Shown here one piece after another: positions 7,861 through 17,209 of a DNA stretch of 64,000 nt (within the stretch, counting starts at the first letter, position 1; every line of letters begins with the position of its first letter). The translations under genes and the position numbers were made by a program. The notes under the pieces were generated by a model that saw only the letters and a program-made list of their open reading frames with translations, did not search any database and was not told where the DNA came from. Location of the stretch: IMG/VR virus record IMGVR_UViG_3300021431_000119, positions 5,093 through 69,092 of that record. One strand, 5' to 3'. The stretch is from a virus (Duplodnaviria; Caudoviricetes).

Positions 7861-8331
7861 ATGATGATGAAGAAGATAGTGGCCGGGCTGATGATTCTGA
7901 CGGTGATGATGACAATGATGTTGGCAGCCTCGGCAGAGGATGGCATGGTGTACGTGCTGTGCAATCCGGAAAGCTACGTAAATATCCGGGAGAATCCGAG
8001 CAAAAAGGCCAAACTGGCCGGGTACGCATACTGCGGGGACGATTTCCGGACGGACGGGGTCATCCGGAGCGGGTTCATCCACGTGTTTGCCGGGACGGAG
8101 ACCGGGGAAGGATGGATCAGCACCGGGTTCATCGTGTACAGCCAGCCGGAGCACGTCGGGGAAACCTGGGTCGTGGAGAGCAACGGCCGGGTGGCGGCGA
8201 GAAGCACCGTCGGCGGGAAGCGGAACCGGTGGCTGAAGAATGGCAAGGAGGTTCAGGTGTACTACGTGGCGGAGGTGGCGGTGACAAACTACGGATTCGT
8301 GGACGCGGAATACCTGAGCCCGATGGAGTGA
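7861..8331 (+). CDS. Secreted SH3-domain protein
   Basis: Signal peptide MKKIVAGLMILTV; YVNIRENPSKKAK SH3b-like repeat. Confidence 0.7.
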   Translation: MMMKKIVAGLMILTVMMTMMLAASAEDGMVYVLCNPESYVNIRENPSKKAKLAGYAYCGDDFRTDGVIRSGFIHVFAGTETGEGWISTGFIVYSQPEHVGETWVVESNGRVAARSTVGGKRNRWLKNGKEVQVYYVAEVAVTNYGFVDAEYLSPME

Positions 8332-8390
8332 TTTTTTGTGGGGGCTGGTAACGCAAAATGCGTTAAATTTATTACGGGAGATGAGGACTT

Positions 8391-8888
8391 GTGCCGAAGA
8401 AAGCGCCGTTCGAGCTGCCTGACAAGGACTGCGAACGGCTGACCAGGACAGAGATGCACAGCGTCATCGTGATTATGGTGCTGGCGAGCGACCTGCACTT
8501 CGCGAAGGAGGACCTGAAGAAGCGGCTTCAGAGCGTGCCATCCGGGATGGAACGGATGAACATGGTGCTGGGGCAGATTGACAGCCTTTTCCGGGACATC
8601 ATCGGGACGGTGAGCAACAAGCAGCGGAAACAGATCCGGAACCAGGCAAGGGACACGGTCATGAAGCAGGTTCCGAAACTGAGCGCGAGCGGGCAGAACG
8701 TGATGGTGCATGTGGACGAGATCAAGGAGCTTGTGGAGTGTGCCAGGGAAAAGTGCCGGATGTGCGTCATGGACAACGAGGAATGCCGGGAGTGCAGACT
8801 GTACCAGTGGCTTGAGGGCAACATCCCGCTGGATGACTACGGGGACGGGCTGATCTGCCCGTACGCGGAGGAGGAGTGGGGCGTATGA
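8391..8888 (+). CDS. Phage hypothetical protein with C-terminal Cys cluster
   Basis: RBS GAGG, GTG start; CRMC...CREC...CPY. Confidence 0.7.
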   Translation: MPKKAPFELPDKDCERLTRTEMHSVIVIMVLASDLHFAKEDLKKRLQSVPSGMERMNMVLGQIDSLFRDIIGTVSNKQRKQIRNQARDTVMKQVPKLSASGQNVMVHVDEIKELVECAREKCRMCVMDNEECRECRLYQWLEGNIPLDDYGDGLICPYAEEEWGV

Positions 8889-9088
8889 AGCGACCGAAGG
8901 TGCCATGCAGGGACTGCGACCGGCGGACGATGACCTGCCACGGTGTGTGCAGGGAATACAAGGAATTTCAGAAAGCGAACGAGGCCTTCAACGCCGAGAC
9001 ACGGGAAGCAAAGGAAGACTACCTGAAGTTTCCGCCCAGGGTGAGGGCGATTCAACGGGCGATAGAGTACAGCAGGAGGAAAAAATGA
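8885..9088 (+). CDS. Small Cys-rich phage protein
   Basis: PCRDCDRR...CHGVCREY. Confidence 0.65.
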   Translation: MKRPKVPCRDCDRRTMTCHGVCREYKEFQKANEAFNAETREAKEDYLKFPPRVRAIQRAIEYSRRKK

Positions 9089-9285
9089 CGGAAGAAAGAT
9101 TAGACCCGTATCAGGAGCAGGTACGGTACTGCGAGGAGAACGGACTGCCGGTGTTCATCAGCGAAAGCTGCCGGTGCCCCAGGTGCTACGGAAACCTGTT
9201 CGGCGAGGGCGGAATCCGGCCGGAGCGCGCCGGGGAGATGCTGATTACGTCCTGTCCGAGATGCAACGCGAGTTTCTGCGACTGA
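9085..9285 (+). CDS. Small zinc-finger protein
   Basis: CPRCYG...SCPRCNASFCD; ATG overlaps upstream stop. Confidence 0.6.
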   Translation: MTEERLDPYQEQVRYCEENGLPVFISESCRCPRCYGNLFGEGGIRPERAGEMLITSCPRCNASFCD

Positions 9286-9584
9286 GGGGTGAGGATATGT
9301 GCTACGCGATTGTGAACGGGATCGGGCAGAACAAGTTCTACCTGACCGGGATTGAAAAGGGATACTGCATGGACTGGGACTATGACGCGCAGGGGAAGGT
9401 GATCCGGAAGGTGGAGCGGGTGCCTGTGCGGGAAAAAGGCCGGGAGAAGGGGCTCCAGATTGTGGGGAAGTACATGAAGGACCCAGGACGGGCGATGCGA
9501 TTCCAGAGCCGGGAGACGGCAGAGAAGAAGATTCAGGAATATCCGGTGCTGAGGTTCTGCCGGGTGGAGGAGGTGGAATGGTGA

Positions 9585-10524
9585 ATGCCGCTGACTCACC
9601 TGAGCCTCTTCAGCGGAATAGGCGGGTTGGACTTGGCTGCGGAGATGGCCGGATTCAAGACGGTGGGCCAATGCGAATGGGCAGACTTCCAAACAAAGGT
9701 ACTCGAAAAGCACTGGCCGGACGTTCCGAGGTGGCAGGACATCAGAACTCTTACTGGAGACAACTTTTATGAAAGAACAGGCTTGCGAACAGTTGACGTT
9801 ATTTCCGGAGGATTTCCTTGTCAGCCTTTCTCCGTTGCCGGGAAGCACGGAGGCAAGGATGATGACCGTTACTTCTGGCCGGAAATGCTCAGGGTTATAC
9901 GCGAACTCAGGCCCACTTGGGTCATTGGTGAAAATGTGCCTGGAATCGTCAATATGGCACTCGACCAGGTGCTTTCTGACCTGGAAGACGAAGGTTACTC
10001 CGCTCAACCGTTTATTATTCCGGCTTGCGGTGTCGATGCCCCGCACAAGAGAGAGCGAGTGTGCATTGTGGCCTACGCCGTCAACAGGAGCGGCCCTGTG
10101 TGCCGGAACTGGGAACTTCCAGACTCTGATGCGGATGAAGGAAAAGGGGATGATCTCCGAGGAGGAACGCAGGAACCTGTCACAGGGAAACGGTGGGATG
10201 ACGAATCCGCAACTTCTGGAATGGCTGATGGGGTACACGAAGGAGTTCACAGGGCTGGTCCCGACGCCGATAGCAACGGATTACAAGGGCGGATGTACAA
10301 AACGGTATCCGGGGGGGGGTCAAATACGACAAAGTCCTGAGAAGCCTTCTGGAAGCCACTCCCCGTGGGAGAATTGGCCCGATGAACCCGGAATTCCTCG
10401 AATACTTGATGGGGTACCCAATCGGGTGGACAGAATTAAATCGTTAGGGAACGCGGTAGTTCCGCAACAGTTCTACATTTTCTTCAAATTGATTGCTGAC
10501 ATCGAGGAGACAGAAAGACAGTGA
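9585..10524 (+). CDS. dcm: C5-cytosine DNA methyltransferase alpha polypeptide, frameshifted at G9 (10311-10319)
   Basis: LFSGIGG (I), GFPCQ (IV), ENV (VI), RER (VIII) in the 9585 frame; LGNAVVP (X) lies one frame over, after the G run. Confidence 0.85.
9769..10447 (+). CDS. Overlapping alternative-frame beta polypeptide of the C5-MTase, split at the same G9
   Basis: LWPTP...NPQLLEWLMGY before the G run; MNPEFLEYLMGYPIGWTEL* in the third frame after it. Confidence 0.7.
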
Positions 10525-10778
10525 GCTTAAAAGAGATATTCACGAGTATGTTTGGAAGAGAGATTAAGCTGAAGCATGTGCTGAAGCAGCTTCCGGATGA
10601 CGAGCGGATTGTGGTGTTTGCGTACGACGATGGACCGGACGCCTACAACATGGATGACGCGCTGTTTTACGGGAACGTGGAGCAGTACAAGCGGGAAAAG
10701 GACAAGATTGGATACAGGAAGCCCGTGCTGGGGATGAACGTACGGAACGGGGCCATCATGATTGTGGTGGAGATGTGA
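10521..10778 (+). CDS. Phage hypothetical protein
   Basis: GTGA coupling to upstream gene. Confidence 0.65.
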   Translation: MSLKEIFTSMFGREIKLKHVLKQLPDDERIVVFAYDDGPDAYNMDDALFYGNVEQYKREKDKIGYRKPVLGMNVRNGAIMIVVEM

Positions 10779-10787
10779 GGTGAGCGA

Positions 10788-11213
10788 ATGAAACAGCAGG
10801 AAACGCCGGTGTCCGGGTTTTATCATGTGCGGATTGTACAGGACGATGACAACCCCATCTACAAGCACATTTACCTGGACGGACGGGAGATTGTCGGCGT
10901 AACGGGTGTGGACATCCGGATGCGGCCCGACGAGCTTACGTCTGTGGCCATGACGCTGACCGCACGCTCTGTGGAGATTGAGACGGACGCGAACCTTACC
11001 GTCAACCCGGAGGACGTCCTGGCGCATGGAATCGAGTGTCTGAACCTGTCCACGAGAGCATACAACGCCCTCAGGCGTGCCGGGAAGCGCACGGTCAAGG
11101 AAGTGGCTGAGGCGTACGTGAGCGGTGAACTGAGGGAATTCAGGCTGGTCGGGAACAGAACCTATGACGAGATTCGGGAACGGCTGATTGAACGTTTCGT
11201 GGTAAAGGAGTGA
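10788..11213 (+). CDS. Protein with RNA polymerase alpha C-terminal domain (alphaCTD)
   Basis: IECLNLSTRAYNALRRAGKRTVKEV...LVGNRTYDEI matches the alphaCTD pattern. Confidence 0.75.
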   Translation: MKQQETPVSGFYHVRIVQDDDNPIYKHIYLDGREIVGVTGVDIRMRPDELTSVAMTLTARSVEIETDANLTVNPEDVLAHGIECLNLSTRAYNALRRAGKRTVKEVAEAYVSGELREFRLVGNRTYDEIRERLIERFVVKE

Positions 11214-11331
11214 TGCTGATTGATCTGGTATTTTCTGGCGGGATGGGTCGCCGGAGTCGTGGGACTGTGGATGTTGCTGAAATGGTGGGGAAAGCGAATG
11301 ACGGAAAGAACGTGTTTGCGCGGAGAGGAGG

Positions 11332-11898
11332 ATGACGATGAGCAACGCTAACGCACGAGTGGAAACTTGGAACGGCGACGTTCTTTTTCTGGACGTAACG
11401 GATTTGTCGATTGAAGACAGCCCCTTTTATGGTGGCAAAAAAGCGACGTTGCACGGATATATCAGAGAATCGCAGTCTAAACAGCAACATGCAGGACAGA
11501 ACGTCTCTACCTATCAGGCTGAGAAGGTGGTCTTCAACTATCCGGCGACGGTGGTGTACTGGAGCGACGGAACCAAGACCGTTGTGAAGCACAAGAAAGG
11601 GGACGAGGGATATGACCGCATGACGGGGCTGGCGCTGTGCTACATGAAGAAAGCCCTGGGAGACGACACGAAAGCGTTCCACAGGGCGCTGAAGGTTGCG
11701 TGGAATCATGACGACGAAAACGGCGCCGTTACGAGGCTTCTTCGGAAACATAAGAACGCTATCTGTGAACACTTTTTCAGCATAGATGGTTGCTGCCCGA
11801 TTATGGGATGCCCTTGTGATGATTGCCCGTACTGTGGCAAACAGGACTGCACGGAAAAGCTTAAGCAGGAATACAAAAGACTGAAAAGGAGAATCTGA
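11332..11898 (+). CDS. Phage hypothetical protein
   Basis: FNYPATVVYWSDGTKTVVK...GLALCYMKKALG block; Cys-rich tail. Confidence 0.7.
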   Translation: MTMSNANARVETWNGDVLFLDVTDLSIEDSPFYGGKKATLHGYIRESQSKQQHAGQNVSTYQAEKVVFNYPATVVYWSDGTKTVVKHKKGDEGYDRMTGLALCYMKKALGDDTKAFHRALKVAWNHDDENGAVTRLLRKHKNAICEHFFSIDGCCPIMGCPCDDCPYCGKQDCTEKLKQEYKRLKRRI

Positions 11899-11899
11899 T

Positions 11900-12712
11900 A
11901 TGACGGAACAGGAGTACAACGCGGCGGAGGGCATCCGGCGAAGCGATCTGTGGCTGATGAGTGAGAGCGCGGAAAAATTCCGGTGGCATATGGACAACCC
12001 GGAGGACGAGGGGGCAAAGAGCCCGGCGCTGCTGTTCGGGAGCGCGTGCCACAAGATGGTGCTGGAACCGGAAAGCTGGGACGAGGAATATGCCGTTGCT
12101 CCCAGCGTGGACGGGCGGACAAAGGCCGGGAAGGAAGCCATGGAGCAGTTCCGGGCAGAGAACGCCGCGAAGGTTGCGGTGTCTGCCGGGGACTTCCAGA
12201 CGATGGCAGAGATGGCAAAGAAGCTGATGGCGACGCCACTGGCCGCCAGGATGATCGCCGGGAAACATGAGAAGCCGTTTTTCTGGGCGGACCCGGAGAC
12301 AGGGGAAAGGTGCAAGTGCAAGGCGGATGTGGTGAAACGGGTAGATGGGCGGGTGCTGATTGTGGACTACAAGACGACCAGCGATGCCCGGACGGAAGTT
12401 TTCAATCAGCACATTTTCCGTCTGGGGTACCACGTGCAGGCGGCGATGTACACAGAGGGAGCACAGATTGCTCTGGGGCTGGAGAAAAGGCCGACGTTCT
12501 TCTTCGTGGCGCAGGAAAAGAAGGCTCCGTACAGCGTGAACGTGATTGAGGTTGGCGAGGACGTGATGCGGTACGGGGACAGCGTGTATCACGAGCTGAT
12601 GCGGAAGTATCACGAGTGCAGGGAGGTGGATATCTGGCCGGGGCTGGTGGACGATGTGCCGAATGAGGCGACGCTGCCGGGGTGGATTGAGATGGGAGAG
12701 GAAGAAATTTGA
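11900..12712 (+). CDS. RecE/ExoVIII-like PD-(D/E)XK exonuclease (DUF3799-like)
   Basis: FGSACHKMVLEP, CKCKADVV, IVDYKTT, GYHVQAAMY. Confidence 0.85.
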   Translation: MTEQEYNAAEGIRRSDLWLMSESAEKFRWHMDNPEDEGAKSPALLFGSACHKMVLEPESWDEEYAVAPSVDGRTKAGKEAMEQFRAENAAKVAVSAGDFQTMAEMAKKLMATPLAARMIAGKHEKPFFWADPETGERCKCKADVVKRVDGRVLIVDYKTTSDARTEVFNQHIFRLGYHVQAAMYTEGAQIALGLEKRPTFFFVAQEKKAPYSVNVIEVGEDVMRYGDSVYHELMRKYHECREVDIWPGLVDDVPNEATLPGWIEMGEEEI

Positions 12713-13198
12713 GCGAGCAGATGCGGATGTTTCAGGACAGCTATCCGCAGTACCGCCGAAAGCACGGTGAGGACCGGGCTCTTTTCTCTTCCGCGTCCTG
12801 CGAATATGAGACGCCGCAATGGCTGTTTGACCAGCTGGACAAGGAGTTTCACTTCGCGCTGGATGTGTGCAGCACGGACGAAAACGCAAAGTGTGAAAAG
12901 CATTTTACGGTACGGGATGACGGGCTGGCGCGGGACTGGGGACGTGAGACTGTGTGGTGCAATCCTCCGTACGGAAGGGGCATTATCGACTGGGTTCGGA
13001 AATGTTACCTCCACGCAACTGGGGGGGGGTACTGCCGTGATGCTGGTTCCAGCCAGGACGGATACGGAATGGTTTCATGAGTATGTTTATGGGAAGGCGG
13101 AGGTGAGGTTTTTGCGTGGAAGACTGAAGTTCGGAGACGCAAAGATGAACGCGCCGTTTCCAAGTATGGTTGTGGTGTTTAAGGAGGGCAGGAAGTAA
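12709..13198 (+). CDS. Phage N6-adenine DNA methyltransferase, frameshifted at G9 (13021-13029)
   Basis: ETPQWLF, LDVC, CNPPYG in frame 1; VMLVPARTDT..WF, RGRLKF, APFPS in frame 2 after the G run. Confidence 0.85.
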
Positions 13199-14452
13199 TG
13201 CCTGAGAAATGGGTGTTGCGGCAGTACCAGAGTCTGCCGCTGAGAGCCAAGATCGGGATGACGGAAGCGCGGATTATTGAGTGGTATGACCACTTCAACG
13301 GAGACGTGTGCGTTTCCTTTTCCGGCGGGAAAGACAGCACCGTGCTGGCACATCTGGTGCATGAGTACTATCCGGAAGTACCACTGGTGTTTGCCAACAC
13401 CGGACTGGAATATCCGGAGATTCAGGCGTTTGCCAGAAAGATGGGCGCTGAGTTTGTCCGACCGAAGATGAGTTTCTCTGAGGTCATCAGCACGTACGGG
13501 TATCCAATCATCAGCAAGGAAAACGCTGAGGCGATCTACTATGCCAGAAGAGTAAGAAACAGACCAAAGTCTGATCTGGGGGGGGGGACAGAGAGACTCA
13601 GCGCAGGAGGGGCAACCTACAACCGTCCGGAAACGTAATGAACTCAACGGTTCAAGGCAATTCTTGGGGGGTGGAAACCAGAAAGAACAAAGCGATGACA
13701 AGCGCCGAAAGTACAAGGAATGGCGTAACTGGAGACGGGAATCAATTCTTGGCTCCGGATACTTCGCGAAAGACACCAAGAGTCTTTTTAACAAGGAAAA
13801 GTGGCTTCCGCTTTGCAGGGATACCCAGTTCAAGATCAGTCATATGTGCTGCTCCGTGATGAAGAAAGGGCCAATGGGCATTTATCAGCGGAAGACGAAG
13901 CGGTATCCGTATATCGGGACGCTGACGGAGGAAAGCAAACTGCGGGAACAAGCCTGGATTCGGCACGGGTGCAACGCATGGGATGGCACGCACAAGACCA
14001 GCCAGCCAATGAGCTTCTGGTCCGAGCAGGACGTGCTTCATTACATCCTGGAGGAAGGACTTGAGATTGCCAGCGTATACGGGGATATCGTGGCAGTAGA
14101 CCGCAACGGGATGGAATATGAGCCGAACCTGATGTGCTGCGATACGCTGAAATGCTCCGGATGTCAGCGGACTGGATGCATTTTCTGTGGATTCGGGGTT
14201 CATCTGGAAAAAGGTGAGACGCGTTTTCAGGCACTGGCGAGGACACATCCGAGACAGTACGAGTACTGCATTGGCGGTGGGCAATGGGTGGATAATCCGG
14301 AATACGATCCCGCCGCGCCAGAATATGACGGTGAGTGGAAGAACTGGAACCCGAAGAAGATTTGGGTTCCGAGCAAAGAGGGGCTTGGCATGAAACACGT
14401 ATTTGATGAGTGCAATCAGATTTACGGGAAAGATTTTATCCGGTATGAGTGA
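13198..14452 (+). CDS. PAPS-reductase-family protein, frameshifted at G10 (13578-13587)
   Basis: SFSGGKDSTVL, FANTGLEYPE in frame 1; ISHMCC..MKK, RTGCIFCGFG in frame 2, open from the G run to 14452. Confidence 0.85.
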
Positions 14453-14464
14453 GGAGATGAAAGA

Positions 14465-15109
14465 ATGATTACGAAGGAACTTCAGAACATGAAGCCCATG
14501 AGTGGGAAAGAAAGGCTGGGGGCCTGGCGAGACAGCGAGTACATGGGCGCCGAGGACATCGAGCAGGGCACAGAGCCGGTGCTGACCATCAAGGCGCTGT
14601 ACAACGGGATGATCACCCTGGCGCGGGGAAAGGAGCGGCATGACGTCATCGCGTTTGTGGAGGAATCCGTGCCGGGGAGCATCAACCAGGTGCGGCCACT
14701 GGTGGTCAATTCCACGAACCGGAAGACGCTGCGGAAGCTGTACAAGAGCACGTCCGCCGAGGCGCTGGTAGGGAAACAGATTCAGCTTTTTCTTCAGCCT
14801 GGGGTGCGGGATCCAAGCACCGGGGACAAGGTGGACGGCATCCGCATCCGGGACAAGGTCCCGACAGGAAAGAAGTACGAGGCTCCGAAGTGCGAGAACT
14901 GCGGGAAAGCCATCACCGGACTGAGCGGGTTCACGCCGGAGCAGATCGCCGCAACCAACAAGCAGAGGTACGGGATGTGCCTGTGCGTAGAGTGCGGGAA
15001 GAAACGGAAGGAAGAGATGGACGCGGAGAAGGCGGCGCAGGCGCAGGCCAAGGATGACGCCAAGAAGGCCGCAGACGACGCCATCATGGCGGCATTGCAG
15101 GGGGAGTGA
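14465..15109 (+). CDS. Phage protein with C-terminal zinc finger; possible recombination partner of the RecE-like nuclease
   Basis: CENCG...CVECG; position before ssb; function is inference. Confidence 0.6.
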   Translation: MITKELQNMKPMSGKERLGAWRDSEYMGAEDIEQGTEPVLTIKALYNGMITLARGKERHDVIAFVEESVPGSINQVRPLVVNSTNRKTLRKLYKSTSAEALVGKQIQLFLQPGVRDPSTGDKVDGIRIRDKVPTGKKYEAPKCENCGKAITGLSGFTPEQIAATNKQRYGMCLCVECGKKRKEEMDAEKAAQAQAKDDAKKAADDAIMAALQGE

Positions 15110-15206
15110 AGATGACATTGCCATCTGAGTTGCAACATGTTGTGCCGGTTCTTGGCGCTTTTCTGCTGATCGCTGTTGTGGTTTTGATTGTCTGGAGGTG
15201 TTCATA

Positions 15207-15533
15207 ATGAAAAGGAAAACGAAAGTGGTTGTTCTGATCTGTCTGTTGCTGTTGTGCGTCGCGCTGTTCGCCGGATGCGAGTACAAGACCGGAAACAGGA
15301 TCACGGGCGGGAAGGACGTACAGACCTTCACTTACGCCTATGTGATGCTGGACGGCAACGAGATCGTAAAGGGATACATCAATCAGTGGCGAGACTATGA
15401 CGATAGTGACGTGGTTCAGGTGATGATCGGTGGGAAGTATTACCTGACGCATTATTCCAACGTCGTGATGGTCGCTGACCCTGAGCATGGCGCCCTGCAA
15501 TACTCAGACCCGGACAACTTTACACATGAATGA
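15207..15533 (+). CDS. Lipoprotein
   Basis: Basic N-terminus, hydrophobic stretch, lipobox FAGC. Confidence 0.7.
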   Translation: MKRKTKVVVLICLLLLCVALFAGCEYKTGNRITGGKDVQTFTYAYVMLDGNEIVKGYINQWRDYDDSDVVQVMIGGKYYLTHYSNVVMVADPEHGALQYSDPDNFTHE

Positions 15534-15550
15534 GAAAGGAATGATGAACA

Positions 15551-15967
15551 ACGAATCTTATCGCCATCATCGGGAACCTGACGGCTGATCCCACCAGCCG
15601 GACTACCCAGAGCGGGAAGGACGTATGCAACTTCACCGTCGCCGTGAACCGGCGCGGACAGAAGGACCAGAACGGAAAAGACGCGGTGGATTTCTTTAAA
15701 GTAGCCGCATGGGAGGGGCTGGGACACAGCTGCCAGCAGTACCTGAGCAAGGGCCGGAAGGTGGCCGTTGTCGGGCAGGTGAGCGTGAGAACGTACCAGG
15801 CGCAGGACGGGACGACACGGGCCGACATGAACGTCTTGGCACATGACGTGGAGTTCCTGACGCCAAGGGACCAGCAGAGCGCTCCGGCTCCGGCGGCTCC
15901 GGCCGCGCAGGCTGTGAGCATGGAGGACGGTGAACTCCCTTTTGATAGATTGGGTGAAAGGAGGTGA
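15551..15967 (+). CDS. ssb: Single-stranded DNA-binding protein (ACG at apparent start)
   Basis: (M)NLIAIIGNLTADP...FTVAVNRR...GRKVAVVG...acidic ELPF tail. Confidence 0.88.
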   Translation, partial: TNLIAIIGNLTADPTSRTTQSGKDVCNFTVAVNRRGQKDQNGKDAVDFFKVAAWEGLGHSCQQYLSKGRKVAVVGQVSVRTYQAQDGTTRADMNVLAHDVEFLTPRDQQSAPAPAAPAAQAVSMEDGELPFDRLGERR

Positions 15968-15971
15968 TGAA

Positions 15972-16517
15972 TTGGAGGAATGGAAGAGCATACCCGGATA
16001 TGAAATGCTCTATGAGGCCTCAAGCGAAGGAAGAATACGAACTTGCGAAGGAAAGGTTACAAGCAATGCATTGTATAAACACAGGGTTTGGAAGCAAAGG
16101 ATTATGAAGCAGAAGTGCCAAAGGAACAACAAAGGACGGCTGGATTACAGGGTTTCTCTCTGGAAAGACGGTAAAGAGAAAACATGGCTTGTTGCAAGAC
16201 TTGTTGCTTTAACTTTTTGCGATGGTTATTCAGACGGGATGACCGTAAATCACATTGATGGTAACAATCTTAACAATAAGGCCGACAATTTGGAATGGTG
16301 TTCACTCAAAGATAACATACAAAAGGGATTTTTGGATGGGCTTTATCGTGGCATATCCAAACCAGTTGTGTTTGTTGGGCAAGACGGAAAAGAACTGTAT
16401 TTCAGGTCATTGTCAGAAGCTTCAAGGTTTCTTGGAAGAAGCATCACATATATTACAGATAGCATTGCAAAACGTGAAGGCATTCTAAAAGAAGGATACA
16501 CAATCAAATTGATGTGA
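15972..16517 (+). CDS. NUMOD4-HNH homing endonuclease
   Basis: EEWKSIPGYE.LYEASSEGRIR; VNHIDGNNLNNKADNLEWC; lower GC than flanks. Confidence 0.9.
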   Translation: MEEWKSIPGYEMLYEASSEGRIRTCEGKVTSNALYKHRVWKQRIMKQKCQRNNKGRLDYRVSLWKDGKEKTWLVARLVALTFCDGYSDGMTVNHIDGNNLNNKADNLEWCSLKDNIQKGFLDGLYRGISKPVVFVGQDGKELYFRSLSEASRFLGRSITYITDSIAKREGILKEGYTIKLM

Positions 16518-16594
16518 TTCTTTGCCCGGATTAAGCACCGGCTGAGACCGGCATCCGGAGCTTTAAAAGAACGGAAGTCGATTAAAGAATCATG

Positions 16595-16801
16595 ATGCGG
16601 TGGCGGAATAGACCTGACCGGGACATTTTACCCGGAGGGGGTGGGCGGAGCAACGTGCCACTGAGTGAAGCCCATCAGTAGACGCAGCACACGAAAGGCC
16701 GACGATGTGAAAAGCAGTTCGATTCTGCGCACTGACCCGGTTTAACTCCGGCAGTATTGGTTAATATCATCGTCATGTGAGGTGCAAATCCTCACCCGCA
16801 T
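16595..16801 (+). ncRNA. tRNA-like element, copy 1, with D-loop and central inserts
   Basis: ATGCGG-TGGCGGAATAG-[insert]-GTAGACGC-[insert]-GTGAGG TGCAAAT CCTCAC-C-CCGCAT-like closure. Confidence 0.65.
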
Positions 16802-16887
16802 ACGATTTAAAACAGAATTTTGGGATGCTCTGAGAGTAATGGCGAGAGCAACTGTGCAGATCAACGGTGGAGCAAGCACAGATTTTT

Positions 16888-17061
16888 ATGCGGTGGCGGA
16901 ATAGACATCGGATAGGATGCGTCCGATTTCGATGGTAAAGCCGGGAAACGGCAATAGTAGACGCTTATCAGCCTAAGGAAGATACCTCGAAGCGCCAGGA
17001 TCGCAAGCGGTCAAGGCGTTGTATTAATGCTTCCATGTGAGGTGCAAATCCTCACCCGCAC
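16888..17061 (+). ncRNA. tRNA-like element, copy 2
   Basis: Same three conserved blocks, unrelated inserts. Confidence 0.65.
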
Positions 17062-17209
17062 AAGCCTTTGGAGTATGTACGTTCATGGCAGTGTGTCTGC
17101 CAGTCAGGGAACAGGGACTCCATACCAGCGCAGGAAGGACGGCCTACGGGCTATACCGCCAGATTGCGGTCACTCTGCCGGGAACCTCGCTCCTGTTCTC
17201 TGCAATCAT

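Noticed and set aside
13666-13671. G6 run as a second frameshift in the PAPS-reductase gene
   Set aside because: Frame 2 is open across it; one correction at the G10 tract is enough.
13742-15331. 529-aa minus-strand ORF, and similar ones at 23422-24690, 49837-51072 and 11140-12889
   Set aside because: They lie opposite well-supported plus-strand genes and lack recognisable domains.
15930-16517. Group I intron around the HNH gene
   Set aside because: It is free-standing after the ssb stop codon, and no interrupted host gene is apparent.
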